Notes under the pieces: generated by a model
What the model saw: the letters and a program-made list of their open reading frames with translations, nothing else
Databases searched by the model: none
What the model was told of the DNA's origin: nothing
Program-made: the position numbers and the translations under genes
Shown: in pieces, positions 9,297 through 18,174 of the stretch
Layout of the letters: each line of letters begins with the position of its first letter
Position numbering within the stretch: the stretch's first letter is position 1
IMG/VR virus record: IMGVR_UViG_3300032250_000450
Span: 1-39,596 of that record
Length of the DNA: 39,596 nucleotides
Origin: a virus
Lineage: Duplodnaviria; Caudoviricetes
Direction: 5' to 3' (one strand)

Positions 9297-9932
9297 ATGG
9301 CAAAAACATATAAACCAACATCAGGTATGGCAAGTGCAGCCAAACGTGCACTAAAATGGAAAAGCGAAGGAGAGCCAGGCGGTACACTAGTTGGTTTAGC
9401 ACGAGCAAATCAACTAAAAGATCGTGAGCCTTTATCAGCGTCAACTGTACTACGAATGTACAGCTTTTTTAGTCGACATGAAGTAGATAAACGCGCCACT
9501 GGTTTTCGCAGTGGCGAAGAAGGTTTTCCAAGCAAAGGTCGTGTTGCTTGGGATCTTTGGGGAGGTGATGGTGGATACTCTTGGAGTACTGCTAAACGTA
9601 ACCAAATTATGCGTGAACGAGAAAGCAAAGCCTTACAATTAGTAAAATTGAGTCAAAAAGGTATTGTACCTAAAGTTGACCGCATGGTGGCTGCACAAGT
9701 AATTGAAAACTATGCAAATCAAAATATTTCGGAAGAACTAGAAGCATTCGGTCAGTTTATGTACCATGCTGAACTATTACGAAACGATCATTTAGATGTA
9801 TATTTAGTAGATTTACATATGGTAGACCAGCCTTATCGCGATATGCTAGTTAATGTATTTAGTGAGCTTGATAGTATGGATGGTGATAACACCATTGATG
9901 ACGAAGACAGCTACGAAGATACTCCAACATAA
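9297..9932 (+). CDS. Hypothetical protein (N-terminal GGT.VG.ARANQL...RMYSFFSRHE...AWDLWGGD domain, acidic C-terminus)
   Basis: 211-aa ORF following phoH and ending at the terminator. Confidence 0.75.
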   Translation: MAKTYKPTSGMASAAKRALKWKSEGEPGGTLVGLARANQLKDREPLSASTVLRMYSFFSRHEVDKRATGFRSGEEGFPSKGRVAWDLWGGDGGYSWSTAKRNQIMRERESKALQLVKLSQKGIVPKVDRMVAAQVIENYANQNISEELEAFGQFMYHAELLRNDHLDVYLVDLHMVDQPYRDMLVNVFSELDSMDGDNTIDDEDSYEDTPT

Positions 9933-9935
9933 AGA

Positions 9936-9969
9936 AAAAGCCCGCTATAGCAATATAGCGGGCTTTTTT
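9936..9969. terminator. Bidirectional intrinsic terminator at the +/- strand convergence
   Basis: AAAAAGCCCGCTATA-gcaa-TATAGCGGGCTTTTTT between convergent genes. Confidence 0.9.
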
Positions 9970-9970
9970 G

Positions 9971-10585
9971 TTAGTTACGATTTGTAATATGCCAATTACC
10001 TTGAAAAAGTACTTGTAGTGACTCATATGGATTTTCCAAAACAACAGTGCTTTCGTTATCTAAATCCGTATCGCTTTTAACAGTTACTTTTCTATTACCA
10101 ACAGGAGCGCCTATTTGTAATTTGATTATATACTGAGTACCTTTAGGAGGATCACTAGGCAAAGTAATTGTAATAGGTTTTTTATTAATAGTACCTATAT
10201 AAAAATCAGTTAATTGAGCAGTATAGTTTTCACTAACTACTATGGTATTAACTAATCCAGGGCTACCTGCGGGACCTGTTGGCCCTGGCGGCCCTGTTAA
10301 TCCTGTGGGACCTAATTTGCCTTGTATACCTTGTATACCTTGTATACCTTGTATACCTTGTTCGCCTTGTGTTCCTGGCTCACCTTGTGTTCCTGGCTCA
10401 CCTTGTGTTCCTGGCTCACCTTGAGGCCCACTTGGTCCTGGCGGCCCACTTGGTCCTGGTGGACCTACTGTACCCGTACCAACAATACTATTAATAAATA
10501 AGTCGTTATCAGGAATATAGGGTATTATAGGAAGTATAGGAAAAAGAGGTGTAGGAAAAGGCATAATTGTTTGTTGAGGTAACAT
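9971..10585 (-). CDS. Collagen-like protein (25 G-X-Y triplets) with C-terminal beta domain
   Basis: GTV-GPP-GPS...GSP-GLV; AAGGAA RBS. C-terminal YT...TITLP...G..Y.IK...W domain resembles those of phage fibre proteins. Confidence 0.85.
   Translation of the reverse strand: MLPQQTIMPFPTPLFPILPIIPYIPDNDLFINSIVGTGTVGPPGPSGPPGPSGPQGEPGTQGEPGTQGEPGTQGEQGIQGIQGIQGIQGKLGPTGLTGPPGPTGPAGSPGLVNTIVVSENYTAQLTDFYIGTINKKPITITLPSDPPKGTQYIIKLQIGAPVGNRKVTVKSDTDLDNESTVVLENPYESLQVLFQGNWHITNRN
10320..10423. repeat. Tandem repeats (ccttgtata)x4 and (ccttgtgttcctggctca)x3 in collagen gene
   Basis: Directly visible; they encode GIQ and GEPGTQ. Confidence 0.9.
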
Positions 10586-10599
10586 TCTTATTCCTTAAT

Positions 10600-10632
10600 A
10601 AAAAAGCCCCACAACTTGTGGCTGCGGGGCTT
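10600..10632 (-). terminator. Intrinsic terminator after 10650-11369
   Basis: Minus strand AAGCCCCGCAGCCACAAGTTGTGGGGCTTTTTT. Confidence 0.75.
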
Positions 10633-10649
10633 GTTAAACACATTAAATA

Positions 10650-11369
10650 TTAACGGATGCTAGTATTTGTGTTAGTTGGGTTAGCAGTCAGTGTGCCGCT
10701 TCCAACATTGATTGCACCATTGGTAATGTTCTGACCTAAGCCATAAATTAACTGTGCCAAATGTGAGTACTGTTGTTGTTGCTGAGATTGTTGCTGCATC
10801 TGGTTGATGTTGTTGGTATTTGTAAGAGTAATACCATTAGTAGCTGCATCAAGAGCTGAACGGTTTCTTAACGCAATAATTTCTGCATTTGCATCACCAA
10901 GCTGACGGTTTAATGTAGCTTCGTATTGTGCTGTGATTAATGCACGAGTTTGAGCTCCGTCAGCACTAATGTCTTTGCTCAACTCATAACGGTTTTCCAT
11001 TACTTCTTGTTGCAAGGTCATCAACTGTGCTGATAGCGCAGCAGTTTGGTTGTTAAACTGAGTTGTTAAACCTAAACTTTGTGTAGCTTGTGACGCTTCA
11101 AATGTTGCAGCATTTACTGCCACTGACTTATCTACTGCACCAATAGCTTGCATTAAACTCATGTTAGCTTGTGCTTGCTCAGGGGGACTGCGCAAAACAG
11201 CTGCTGCACCTGCACCATCACCATTACTGCCAAATAATCCGCCATTGCCTTGACGCAACAAGCTGCCCAAGATCAATCCGCCGATCAACCCACCGCCACC
11301 GCCGCCGAATAAACCGTCGCCGCCACTGCCGCCCATCATAATTCCACCAGGTGTTAACATTTCTGCCAT
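10650..11369 (-). CDS. Gly-zipper / coiled-coil / Q-N-rich protein of unknown function
   Basis: AAGGA RBS. GGGGGGLIGGLILGSLL, then helical ENRYELSKDISADGAQTRALI, then NTNNINQMQQQSQQQQQ. Confidence 0.8.
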   Translation of the reverse strand: MAEMLTPGGIMMGGSGGDGLFGGGGGGLIGGLILGSLLRQGNGGLFGSNGDGAGAAAVLRSPPEQAQANMSLMQAIGAVDKSVAVNAATFEASQATQSLGLTTQFNNQTAALSAQLMTLQQEVMENRYELSKDISADGAQTRALITAQYEATLNRQLGDANAEIIALRNRSALDAATNGITLTNTNNINQMQQQSQQQQQYSHLAQLIYGLGQNITNGAINVGSGTLTANPTNTNTSIR

Positions 11370-11451
11370 AATAATTTCCTTTTTTACAATTGTTACTAAA
11401 ATTTTACGTGATATACGCCATCACCACGCGACTTGGTTAAAGCCAAATTCT

Positions 11452-11649
11452 TTATAAGTTAAGATATTTTTGAAGATTTTTTCTTAAATTTTCTTCAAAC
11501 TGTGATACTTGTTTGCGATAATAATCTTCTGCAAATTTAGCTTGTTTTATAAGCGCATCCCTTATTTCTTTATCAGTAGGTTTAGTATTATGCTCTACTG
11601 TTTGTTCTTTAACTACTGCATCTGATACGTTATTTGCTGTATTATCCAT
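11452..11649 (-). CDS. Hypothetical protein
   Basis: 65-aa ORF in cassette. Confidence 0.6.
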   Translation of the reverse strand: MDNTANNVSDAVVKEQTVEHNTKPTDKEIRDALIKQAKFAEDYYRKQVSQFEENLRKNLQKYLNL

Positions 11650-11655
11650 ATTTTA

Positions 11656-11916
11656 TTATGTTTCTTTTTTAGTTGTTTGTTTTGATTTCATATAATCACA
11701 TACACCAACTAACATTGCTTTACTTACTGCAATTTTTTCTTGTACCCACTCAGGCACATTATCTTTAGCATTAATTACTTCATCTATACAATCTATTGCG
11801 CGTCTCATAGTTTCTAAGTTACTTTCAACCATAGTAGCTTCGTCATTATACTCTGCACTATCACTATCTGGTGTTTTATTATATGTGTATATATAGTAAG
11901 GTATCATTGTTGCCAT
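11656..11916 (-). CDS. Hypothetical protein (VPEWVQEKI motif)
   Basis: AAGGAA RBS; directly behind a promoter. Confidence 0.7.
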   Translation of the reverse strand: MATMIPYYIYTYNKTPDSDSAEYNDEATMVESNLETMRRAIDCIDEVINAKDNVPEWVQEKIAVSKAMLVGVCDYMKSKQTTKKET

Positions 11917-11949
11917 AAATTATTCCTTTAAAATTTATTAACTGTAGTA

Positions 11950-11978
11950 ATTATAGCATGTTTGATATATGATGACAA
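11950..11978 (-). promoter_or_regulatory. sigma70 promoter for the 11916-9971 cassette
   Basis: TTGTCA-17 nt-TATAAT with TGc. Confidence 0.75.
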
Positions 11979-12038
11979 CCTTAATTTTACGGTTACAGGA
12001 GTCAAAATGCAAGTTACTGAGAAATTATGTTCCAAAAC

Positions 12039-12079
12039 AAAAAAGCCCCCAAGCTATTAAACTTGGGGGCTTCTTTTTT
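12039..12079. terminator. Intrinsic terminator (bidirectional-looking) ending the replication operon
   Basis: AAAAAAGCCCCCAAG...CTTGGGGGCTTCTTTTTT. Confidence 0.85.
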
Positions 12080-12090
12080 GCTTACTTAAT

Positions 12091-12306
12091 TTAGTTGTTT
12101 TGAACTAAACCAGCCAACTCACCTTTTTCGGCTTGTTGAGCTTCTGCAGCTTCTTGCAGTTGCTTAATCTGTGGCTCAGCTTGACTCTTGATTTTTTGAG
12201 TCATTGGATTACAGATTTTAGCAGGCAGTTCTTGCAAAGCTGCTAAAATAGCATTGGTTTCGTCAATTGAAAGAGTAAAATTCAAGGTAACTTCTTGTGG
12301 ATTCAT
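12091..12306 (-). CDS. Hypothetical protein
   Basis: Start re-assigned to MNPQEV (12306) to avoid overlap with RNR. Confidence 0.65.
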   Translation of the reverse strand: MNPQEVTLNFTLSIDETNAILAALQELPAKICNPMTQKIKSQAEPQIKQLQEAAEAQQAEKGELAGLVQNN

Positions 12307-12322
12307 TTTTAAAATTATAAAG

Positions 12323-14287
12323 TTATTTAATAGGGCAAGCACCAGTAGCACAGTCTTCACCCATAATTTCATCGAAACTATTGGCATTTTCTAAACTAAC
12401 AGGGCTTAGTTGATAAACATAGTTGCGGAACGTTTGTTCATCTACAACTTCTTGAGGCAGGTATAAATACCCTAAATCTTTGGCTGTTTTGGTTGGGTCT
12501 GTACGATAGATGAAACTAACACCCACATAACAATCCCAATTATCCAACAACCAATCGATAATTTGTGGAACTTCGCTTGGATCATAACTAATGGTTACAC
12601 TAGTATTTTGCTGAGTCCATGAGGTCTGAATCAATTTGTATTTTTCAAGTTGTTCGACTGCAGTGTCAAGGTTGACTTCCTTGCCGCCAGTCTTATGGAA
12701 AGGAACATCAGACCACTCAACAGGGAATGTAATAAGTACACCGCTATCATCAGTGGGGTGATTAACAACGTTATAATTAGCAGCACGCAGTACTTCAACA
12801 ATAGGATCAAATTTACTAAACTGAACATTATTGAAAATATACTTTCCTAGGGGTTTGTGAATTCCTTCGGTTGTATCCATAATCTTGGACAGTGTACCTG
12901 ACGGCTTAACACAAGTGATATTTTTAGGACTTGGCAAACCTAATTCTTGAGCCATGCCAATAGCTGCACCAGTTGCAGTACGCTTTAAATATTCATAGTC
13001 GTAACCAGTCATATCTGGGCGTTTTGCAATACCTGTTAAACCTACTCCGCATAAACGCATAAAGTAGTTGTTTAAGTGCCACGACTCTTGTAAAATACCG
13101 TCTTGTAAATTTACACAGGTTTGGCGGTAATTTGCGCGAGCTGCAAGACGTATGGCATTGTGTAGTCCAGCGGTGTCTCCTTTAAATTTAGCAATGTCTG
13201 TTTCTGTAAGATTACAAAATGATTTATTGCCGAGTAGGATTTCAACACAGGGGTTTGCACCTTTGAACCAAGGTGCACGACGTAAGGCTTCAACTTCATT
13301 GATAAATCCTGGTTCTGAACCACCTGCTTCTAGCATTAAATCAAAGATTCGTTGCAAATCGGCTTTTAGTGGTTTTTCTTTAAATACTAAACTGTTATTA
13401 GATTGTTGACGATGACTATTGTTATACAGCCACCAGTCTTTTTTGGCTACCGCAAATTCTTCCCACTCTGGTTGCCCGTAGTCGAAAAGAGCGATTTCAG
13501 CACTGCGACGGCTACTGAGAATGGTACCAAGATGATTAATAATATCAAGTATATCCATACGAGTAAGCAAACTGTCAGCCCGACCATTAAGTATATTGGC
13601 AATAGCAACATATGCCGTACTGATTGCACTATCCCCTGACGAGATCCATCCATAGCCTTTTAACCTTTCACCAGCAGGCCGTAACTGACTAAAGTCCAGT
13701 ACGAGAGTATCAGCAGGATACTTACCAGCAAGAAGTTTTCCAATAGACTTTGCCCAAGCTTCTGCACTGTCTCCAACTTGAATTGTCCAAGTTTTAGTTT
13801 CTGCGTCAAATGTTTCTGTGTTGTGCTCATTTCCGCCCTTTTCAGTACGAGTTGATCTTACTACACGGATATTTTTAATTGGCTTAGAGAATCCGTTTAA
13901 TGTGCCAACAATTGGCTTAAATCCTACTCCGCATCCTTGCAGTAAAAGCCATAAGCAGTCTACTACATCATATACAGTTTCTACATGGGTAAAACTGCAG
14001 TTAAATTGACTAGCCTCACGAGTTTTAGCTACGTTAGTGCCGCCAAGCCAAAGTGTACGACCACTCATAGCTACTTTACGATCTAGCATTAGCTGTTCAA
14101 GATCGTAAAGTTCTGAGTATTCTACATCTGTTAGTTCACGACCTGCGGCACGTTGCCACAACCATTCTTGGTGATCGATAACTCGGGCTACTGTTTCTTG
14201 CCACGTTTCAAATTGTTTTCCGTCGTCTGAAGTGGGTCTATTATATGTACGACGTGTAATTACTTGTGCTCTTGTGCTTACTGCCAT
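12323..14287 (-). CDS. nrdJ: Class II (adenosylcobalamin-dependent) monomeric ribonucleotide reductase (RTPR-type)
   Basis: RRTYNR, GRTLW.GG, FNCSF, NPCVEI, FCNLTE, TCVKPSGT and C-terminal CATGACPIK. Start MAVSTRAQ lies behind AAGGAAA. No nrdB nearby. Confidence 0.9.
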   Translation of the reverse strand: MAVSTRAQVITRRTYNRPTSDDGKQFETWQETVARVIDHQEWLWQRAAGRELTDVEYSELYDLEQLMLDRKVAMSGRTLWLGGTNVAKTREASQFNCSFTHVETVYDVVDCLWLLLQGCGVGFKPIVGTLNGFSKPIKNIRVVRSTRTEKGGNEHNTETFDAETKTWTIQVGDSAEAWAKSIGKLLAGKYPADTLVLDFSQLRPAGERLKGYGWISSGDSAISTAYVAIANILNGRADSLLTRMDILDIINHLGTILSSRRSAEIALFDYGQPEWEEFAVAKKDWWLYNNSHRQQSNNSLVFKEKPLKADLQRIFDLMLEAGGSEPGFINEVEALRRAPWFKGANPCVEILLGNKSFCNLTETDIAKFKGDTAGLHNAIRLAARANYRQTCVNLQDGILQESWHLNNYFMRLCGVGLTGIAKRPDMTGYDYEYLKRTATGAAIGMAQELGLPSPKNITCVKPSGTLSKIMDTTEGIHKPLGKYIFNNVQFSKFDPIVEVLRAANYNVVNHPTDDSGVLITFPVEWSDVPFHKTGGKEVNLDTAVEQLEKYKLIQTSWTQQNTSVTISYDPSEVPQIIDWLLDNWDCYVGVSFIYRTDPTKTAKDLGYLYLPQEVVDEQTFRNYVYQLSPVSLENANSFDEIMGEDCATGACPIK

Positions 14288-14295
14288 GATTTCCT

Positions 14296-14775
14296 TTATG
14301 TTCCTGTTGAACCGAAGCCTCCCGTGCCTCGGGTAGAGTCGTTCCAAATATCTTTAAAGCCTACTAGTTCAACCTTCTGTATAACCAACTGGGCAATTCT
14401 ATCACCAGTGGCAATTTTATAAGGGTCATCACCGATATTTTTTAACAAAACTTTAATTGTGTCACGATAACCACTATCAATCACGCCTACGCTGTGAGGG
14501 ATAGTAATTCCCTTTTTTCCTTGAGAGCTTCTATTGTACACAAAGCCTGCAAAGCCTTGTGGAATTTTGATTGCTATACCCGTATCAACAAGTTTTTGCT
14601 CGTTTGGATAAATTTCCAAATTTTCATAGCTAAACAAATCTGCTCCAGCATCTGTTGGATACGCACGTTCAGGAAGCTGTGCTCCTGGTTTTAACATACA
14701 CTCTAGCGAGGTATAATACATGGTATTTATATTATAGGCACTTATGCCATTATTTATAATTGTTGATTGATTCAT
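14296..14775 (-). CDS. dut: Trimeric dUTPase
   Basis: AGADL, RSS, GVIDSGYR, GDRIAQLV and RGTGGFGSTG motifs. Confidence 0.95.
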   Translation of the reverse strand: MNQSTIINNGISAYNINTMYYTSLECMLKPGAQLPERAYPTDAGADLFSYENLEIYPNEQKLVDTGIAIKIPQGFAGFVYNRSSQGKKGITIPHSVGVIDSGYRDTIKVLLKNIGDDPYKIATGDRIAQLVIQKVELVGFKDIWNDSTRGTGGFGSTGT

Positions 14776-15617
14776 TTTAAATATAACTCTAAGGTTTCGT
14801 CAATTTGTTTGCAATTTTCAGTACCGATTGCATCTTCGCAAAAGGTAACTAAATCCATTAATTTATAGTTTAATTCTAGCGTATCTTTACATTCGTTTAG
14901 TGCTTGGATGTATTTATATCGACCACTAATAGGGATGCTCGCAATAATATCGTAAGTACTGCCGTATTCATTAACCAATCCCACGGCTCTTTTAGGTCCA
15001 ATACCAGGCACCCCAACAACATTATCGCCACTATCGCCTGTAAGACATTTAATACTAATGTAGTCTTCTGGATTAAAGTCGTAATGGTCATTCCAGTTAT
15101 CAACTGTAACTTCTTTGCGAGTAACATAACTAAACCTTGATACGTTAGGTTGAACTAATAAATCCCAATCTTTATCTGAGCTAATCAGCCAAATATCATC
15201 AACTGGGAGTTTTGATTTTTTTGATACAATATATGCTGCAATATCATCAGCCTCAACGCCTTGAAAGCGTAAAACTGGAAAATCGGTATTGTCAGCAATA
15301 TGTTCTAGTGTTTTGGTAAAGTCTTCGAAAAACAATTCAAAGGCTGCTTTTTCAGCATCGGTTTGATTCTCGAACTTATCTTTACGATTTTGTTTGTACT
15401 CAGGATAAATAGCTTTGCGATAGGAACTTGAGCCCATATCGCCAGCAATAATTACATGAGATGCTTTATATGATTTTTTAAGACTTTGAACTGTGCGTAA
15501 GTAATCCTCAGCAAAATCTGTTGCACCGCTATGTTTATAGCGAAATGCAAGATTAAGTGAGTCTACAACTAGCAGAGTATTGTTTGCTTCGGTAATTTTT
15601 GAGAATGTTTTTGACAT
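14772..15617 (-). CDS. Flap endonuclease / 5'-3' exonuclease (T5 D15-like)
   Basis: VVDSLNLAFRYKH, YKQNR, GVEADD, SSDKDW and GDSGDNV.GVPGIGPKRA. Confidence 0.93.
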   Translation of the reverse strand: MSKTFSKITEANNTLLVVDSLNLAFRYKHSGATDFAEDYLRTVQSLKKSYKASHVIIAGDMGSSSYRKAIYPEYKQNRKDKFENQTDAEKAAFELFFEDFTKTLEHIADNTDFPVLRFQGVEADDIAAYIVSKKSKLPVDDIWLISSDKDWDLLVQPNVSRFSYVTRKEVTVDNWNDHYDFNPEDYISIKCLTGDSGDNVVGVPGIGPKRAVGLVNEYGSTYDIIASIPISGRYKYIQALNECKDTLELNYKLMDLVTFCEDAIGTENCKQIDETLELYLK

Positions 15618-15639
15618 ATAGTTTGCGTGTTAATCTGTT

Positions 15640-15668
15640 ATTATACCATTGTTAAGCTGCTGTGTCAA
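15640..15668 (-). promoter_or_regulatory. Consensus sigma70 promoter for D15-dut-nrdJ
   Basis: TTGACA-17 nt-TATAAT with TGg. Confidence 0.85.
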
Positions 15669-16123
15669 GTTACAAATACTGGTTGCTCCCACTTTAACCA
15701 ATCTTCTAGCAGTGCTGCATAGAATTCGTGATCTTCGTGGTTGTAGTAAAGGCAACGATAGTTTTGTGAGTTAGGCATTTCATCAAAAGCAACAAATACT
15801 TTTGATCTATCAAATTTAAAAATCAATAGCGGTTTTTTGCCTACTTGAGTGCCTTGACGAGTAGTCTGTTGCCAGAATTCTACTAATTGCGGAGTCTTGC
15901 TTGTTAGTAAGTGTGAAGTAAGGTGGTCTTCCGCATAGCCTTTAACTTCTACACACCAAAGGTTAGTTCGCCCAGGAACGTATAGATCGCCCTTAAGCTG
16001 ATGTTTAGGGTCAAGAGCACCTGATCCAGGTACTCTTTCCCATGCTAAACCTGTATGCTTTTTTAACAGATCACGTACTGTGGTTTCTGTTCTAGCACCC
16101 TTGGCTCTAGCGTCTACAACCAT
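15665..16123 (-). CDS. Holliday junction resolvase-like PD-(D/E)XK nuclease (T5 D14-like)
   Basis: KGARTE, WERVPGSGA, GDL and VEVK; T5 synteny. Confidence 0.85.
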   Translation of the reverse strand: MVVDARAKGARTETTVRDLLKKHTGLAWERVPGSGALDPKHQLKGDLYVPGRTNLWCVEVKGYAEDHLTSHLLTSKTPQLVEFWQQTTRQGTQVGKKPLLIFKFDRSKVFVAFDEMPNSQNYRCLYYNHEDHEFYAALLEDWLKWEQPVFVT

Positions 16124-16368
16124 TACTCAGCTGCTGGCGCTTTAACAGTAGTTTTAACAGGTGCTTCCACAACTGTTTTTAACTCTACTGGGGCAGCTTC
16201 TACACCTTTAACATCAATTGTGCAGCTAGAGTCAACGCGAAATGTTGCTTTACCGCTACCGATTACGGATACAGAAGGAAGCATACTGTCTTCAAAATAA
16301 GTACCAACTACTACTTGTTTACCTTCAAGGGTAACAGTTACGTTACCACTAGTTTCTTCTAAAATCAT
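16123..16368 (-). CDS. Hypothetical protein
   Basis: GAGG RBS; inserted between D13- and D14-like genes. Confidence 0.7.
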   Translation of the reverse strand: MILEETSGNVTVTLEGKQVVVGTYFEDSMLPSVSVIGSGKATFRVDSSCTIDVKGVEAAPVELKTVVEAPVKTTVKAPAAE

Positions 16369-16369
16369 A

Positions 16370-18166
16370 TTATACCTCTATTTGGGATATGTTGTTACGT
16401 TTGATAACATTAATTTTTTCTAGCAGTGGATGACTAAAGCCATGACTTACTAAAAAAGTATTTAAATGTTCTTCTTGTAGCAATACTTCTACTAACTTTT
16501 CTTTTCCGTCAGTATCAAGTGTTTCTACAGTTTCATCCAGTATTAATAGATTGATTCTAGAACTGGACAAGGTTTGCATAAGTTTTCTAATAGCTAATAA
16601 AGTCGCTACATTAACTCTTGCTTTTTCACCACCACTAAGAGCCAGTATTTCAATATCTTTTCCATTATCAGTAATAACAACATTTAATTTGTCGCTAGCA
16701 CTTATTTTAAAGCCAATTTGAAATCTTCCATCACTTAGATCAACCAAATATTTATTTGTAATTTCTTCTAAGTCTTTTACTAAACTCTCGATTTTATAAG
16801 CTACTAAACCTGTTGTACTAAATGTTTTTGTTAAAACATTTAAAATACTCATTCTTTCGCTTAATTCATGCAATTTACCGCTATATGTTTCTAACTCTTG
16901 GTTCATTTCAACCAATTGTTTAGACACTAAATCTACTTTAGTATTATGTGCGGTTACTTCTTTGTTATGCTGCTCTGCTTCAACAATCTTACGTTTTGTA
17001 GAAGCAATACTACTTTGTAATTCTGTAAATTGCTGTTGTAGTGTTTGTTTATCTAGTAGTGTTTCTGGTAGTTCTGTATCAATTAGTGTATGATACTTTT
17101 CCCAATCTTCTTGAGCTTTTTGAGCATCTTGCCAAGCTGTTCTTTGCTGTTTAATTTGAGCTATTTGCTGAGTATAGCCCATAGTTTCTACAGCAGCTAT
17201 TTCAGCTTCTGCTGTTTTTTCTTCGATTAATTCAGTTACTTTTTCTTCGTCAATTTCACTTAAACAAGTAGGGCAAGTTCCGTGTAGCGCTTTCATCTTT
17301 TTAACAAAACTTTGAGCATCACTTACTGTTTTAGATAATTTTGCTACTTCTGCTTGATAGCCCTCTATGCCTTCTTCAGGTTTTTCAGGAATTGGAAGTA
17401 ATTTGATTTTTGATTGTAATTGTTTATAAGTATTGTTTTGTGAAATCTTTTTATTTGTAGACTCAATACTATTAATACTAGCTTCTAAACTACTAGCCTC
17501 AGCTATAAGACTTGTATCTAGCTCAGGCGCTGCAACAGTTTCTTTTATAGTTAAATCTGTTTTTTCATACTTGTTTAACCAGCTAGTAACAGTATTTACT
17601 TGAGATTGTACACTAGCAATGTCTTTGGCGAGTTGAGCACTTACTTCTTTGAAAACTTCAGCCGCACGAGTATACTTGCCTAAATTTAAGATTTCAATAA
17701 GAAACTTTTTACGAGCAGTATCAGGAGCTGTTAAGAACTCTAAACTACTAGCGTTTGATTGGTAAACAATTTGTGCAAAACTTTTATGATCAAATCCTAA
17801 AATATCTTCAATTATCTTATAAGTTGCTGTAGCAGTGTGTGCACTAATATCTACTCCAGACTTAAATAACTTAACTGTTTGTGCAGTGCCACGACTAGAT
17901 TTAATGGTATAATTAGTACCATCACGATTAAAGTCTAATTCAATAGTATAAGCCTTATCTTTAACATAACGGTTAAGAATATCGGCTTTTTTAATACCTT
18001 TTGAATTTTTATTAAATAATACTTCTTCTAAGATAAGAGCAATAGAACTTTTACCATGGCCGTTTCTTCCCACTAATTGTGTTAGCGGAGCTGCAACAAA
18101 ATCAATTTTATTATCTTTTCCATAACTAAAGGCGTTAGCCCATCGTAGTTGTTTTATAGTTATCAT
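16370..18166 (-). CDS. SbcC/Rad50-like ATPase (T5 D13-like)
   Basis: GRNGHGKSS, CPTC zinc hook, LSGGEK, LILDE and VSH. Confidence 0.93.
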   Translation of the reverse strand: MITIKQLRWANAFSYGKDNKIDFVAAPLTQLVGRNGHGKSSIALILEEVLFNKNSKGIKKADILNRYVKDKAYTIELDFNRDGTNYTIKSSRGTAQTVKLFKSGVDISAHTATATYKIIEDILGFDHKSFAQIVYQSNASSLEFLTAPDTARKKFLIEILNLGKYTRAAEVFKEVSAQLAKDIASVQSQVNTVTSWLNKYEKTDLTIKETVAAPELDTSLIAEASSLEASINSIESTNKKISQNNTYKQLQSKIKLLPIPEKPEEGIEGYQAEVAKLSKTVSDAQSFVKKMKALHGTCPTCLSEIDEEKVTELIEEKTAEAEIAAVETMGYTQQIAQIKQQRTAWQDAQKAQEDWEKYHTLIDTELPETLLDKQTLQQQFTELQSSIASTKRKIVEAEQHNKEVTAHNTKVDLVSKQLVEMNQELETYSGKLHELSERMSILNVLTKTFSTTGLVAYKIESLVKDLEEITNKYLVDLSDGRFQIGFKISASDKLNVVITDNGKDIEILALSGGEKARVNVATLLAIRKLMQTLSSSRINLLILDETVETLDTDGKEKLVEVLLQEEHLNTFLVSHGFSHPLLEKINVIKRNNISQIEV

Positions 18167-18174
18167 TAGTAATT

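Noticed and set aside
10242-10494. Repetitive + strand ORFs (PCIPCI..., LVYLVY...)
   Set aside because: They are antisense readouts of the collagen repeats.
5622-14347. Extended N-termini in the ORF track (5622, 7546, 12387, 14347; also 21585, 22133, 31216, 32532)
   Set aside because: Downstream starts have an RBS or stop/start coupling and avoid long overlaps, so starts were re-assigned.
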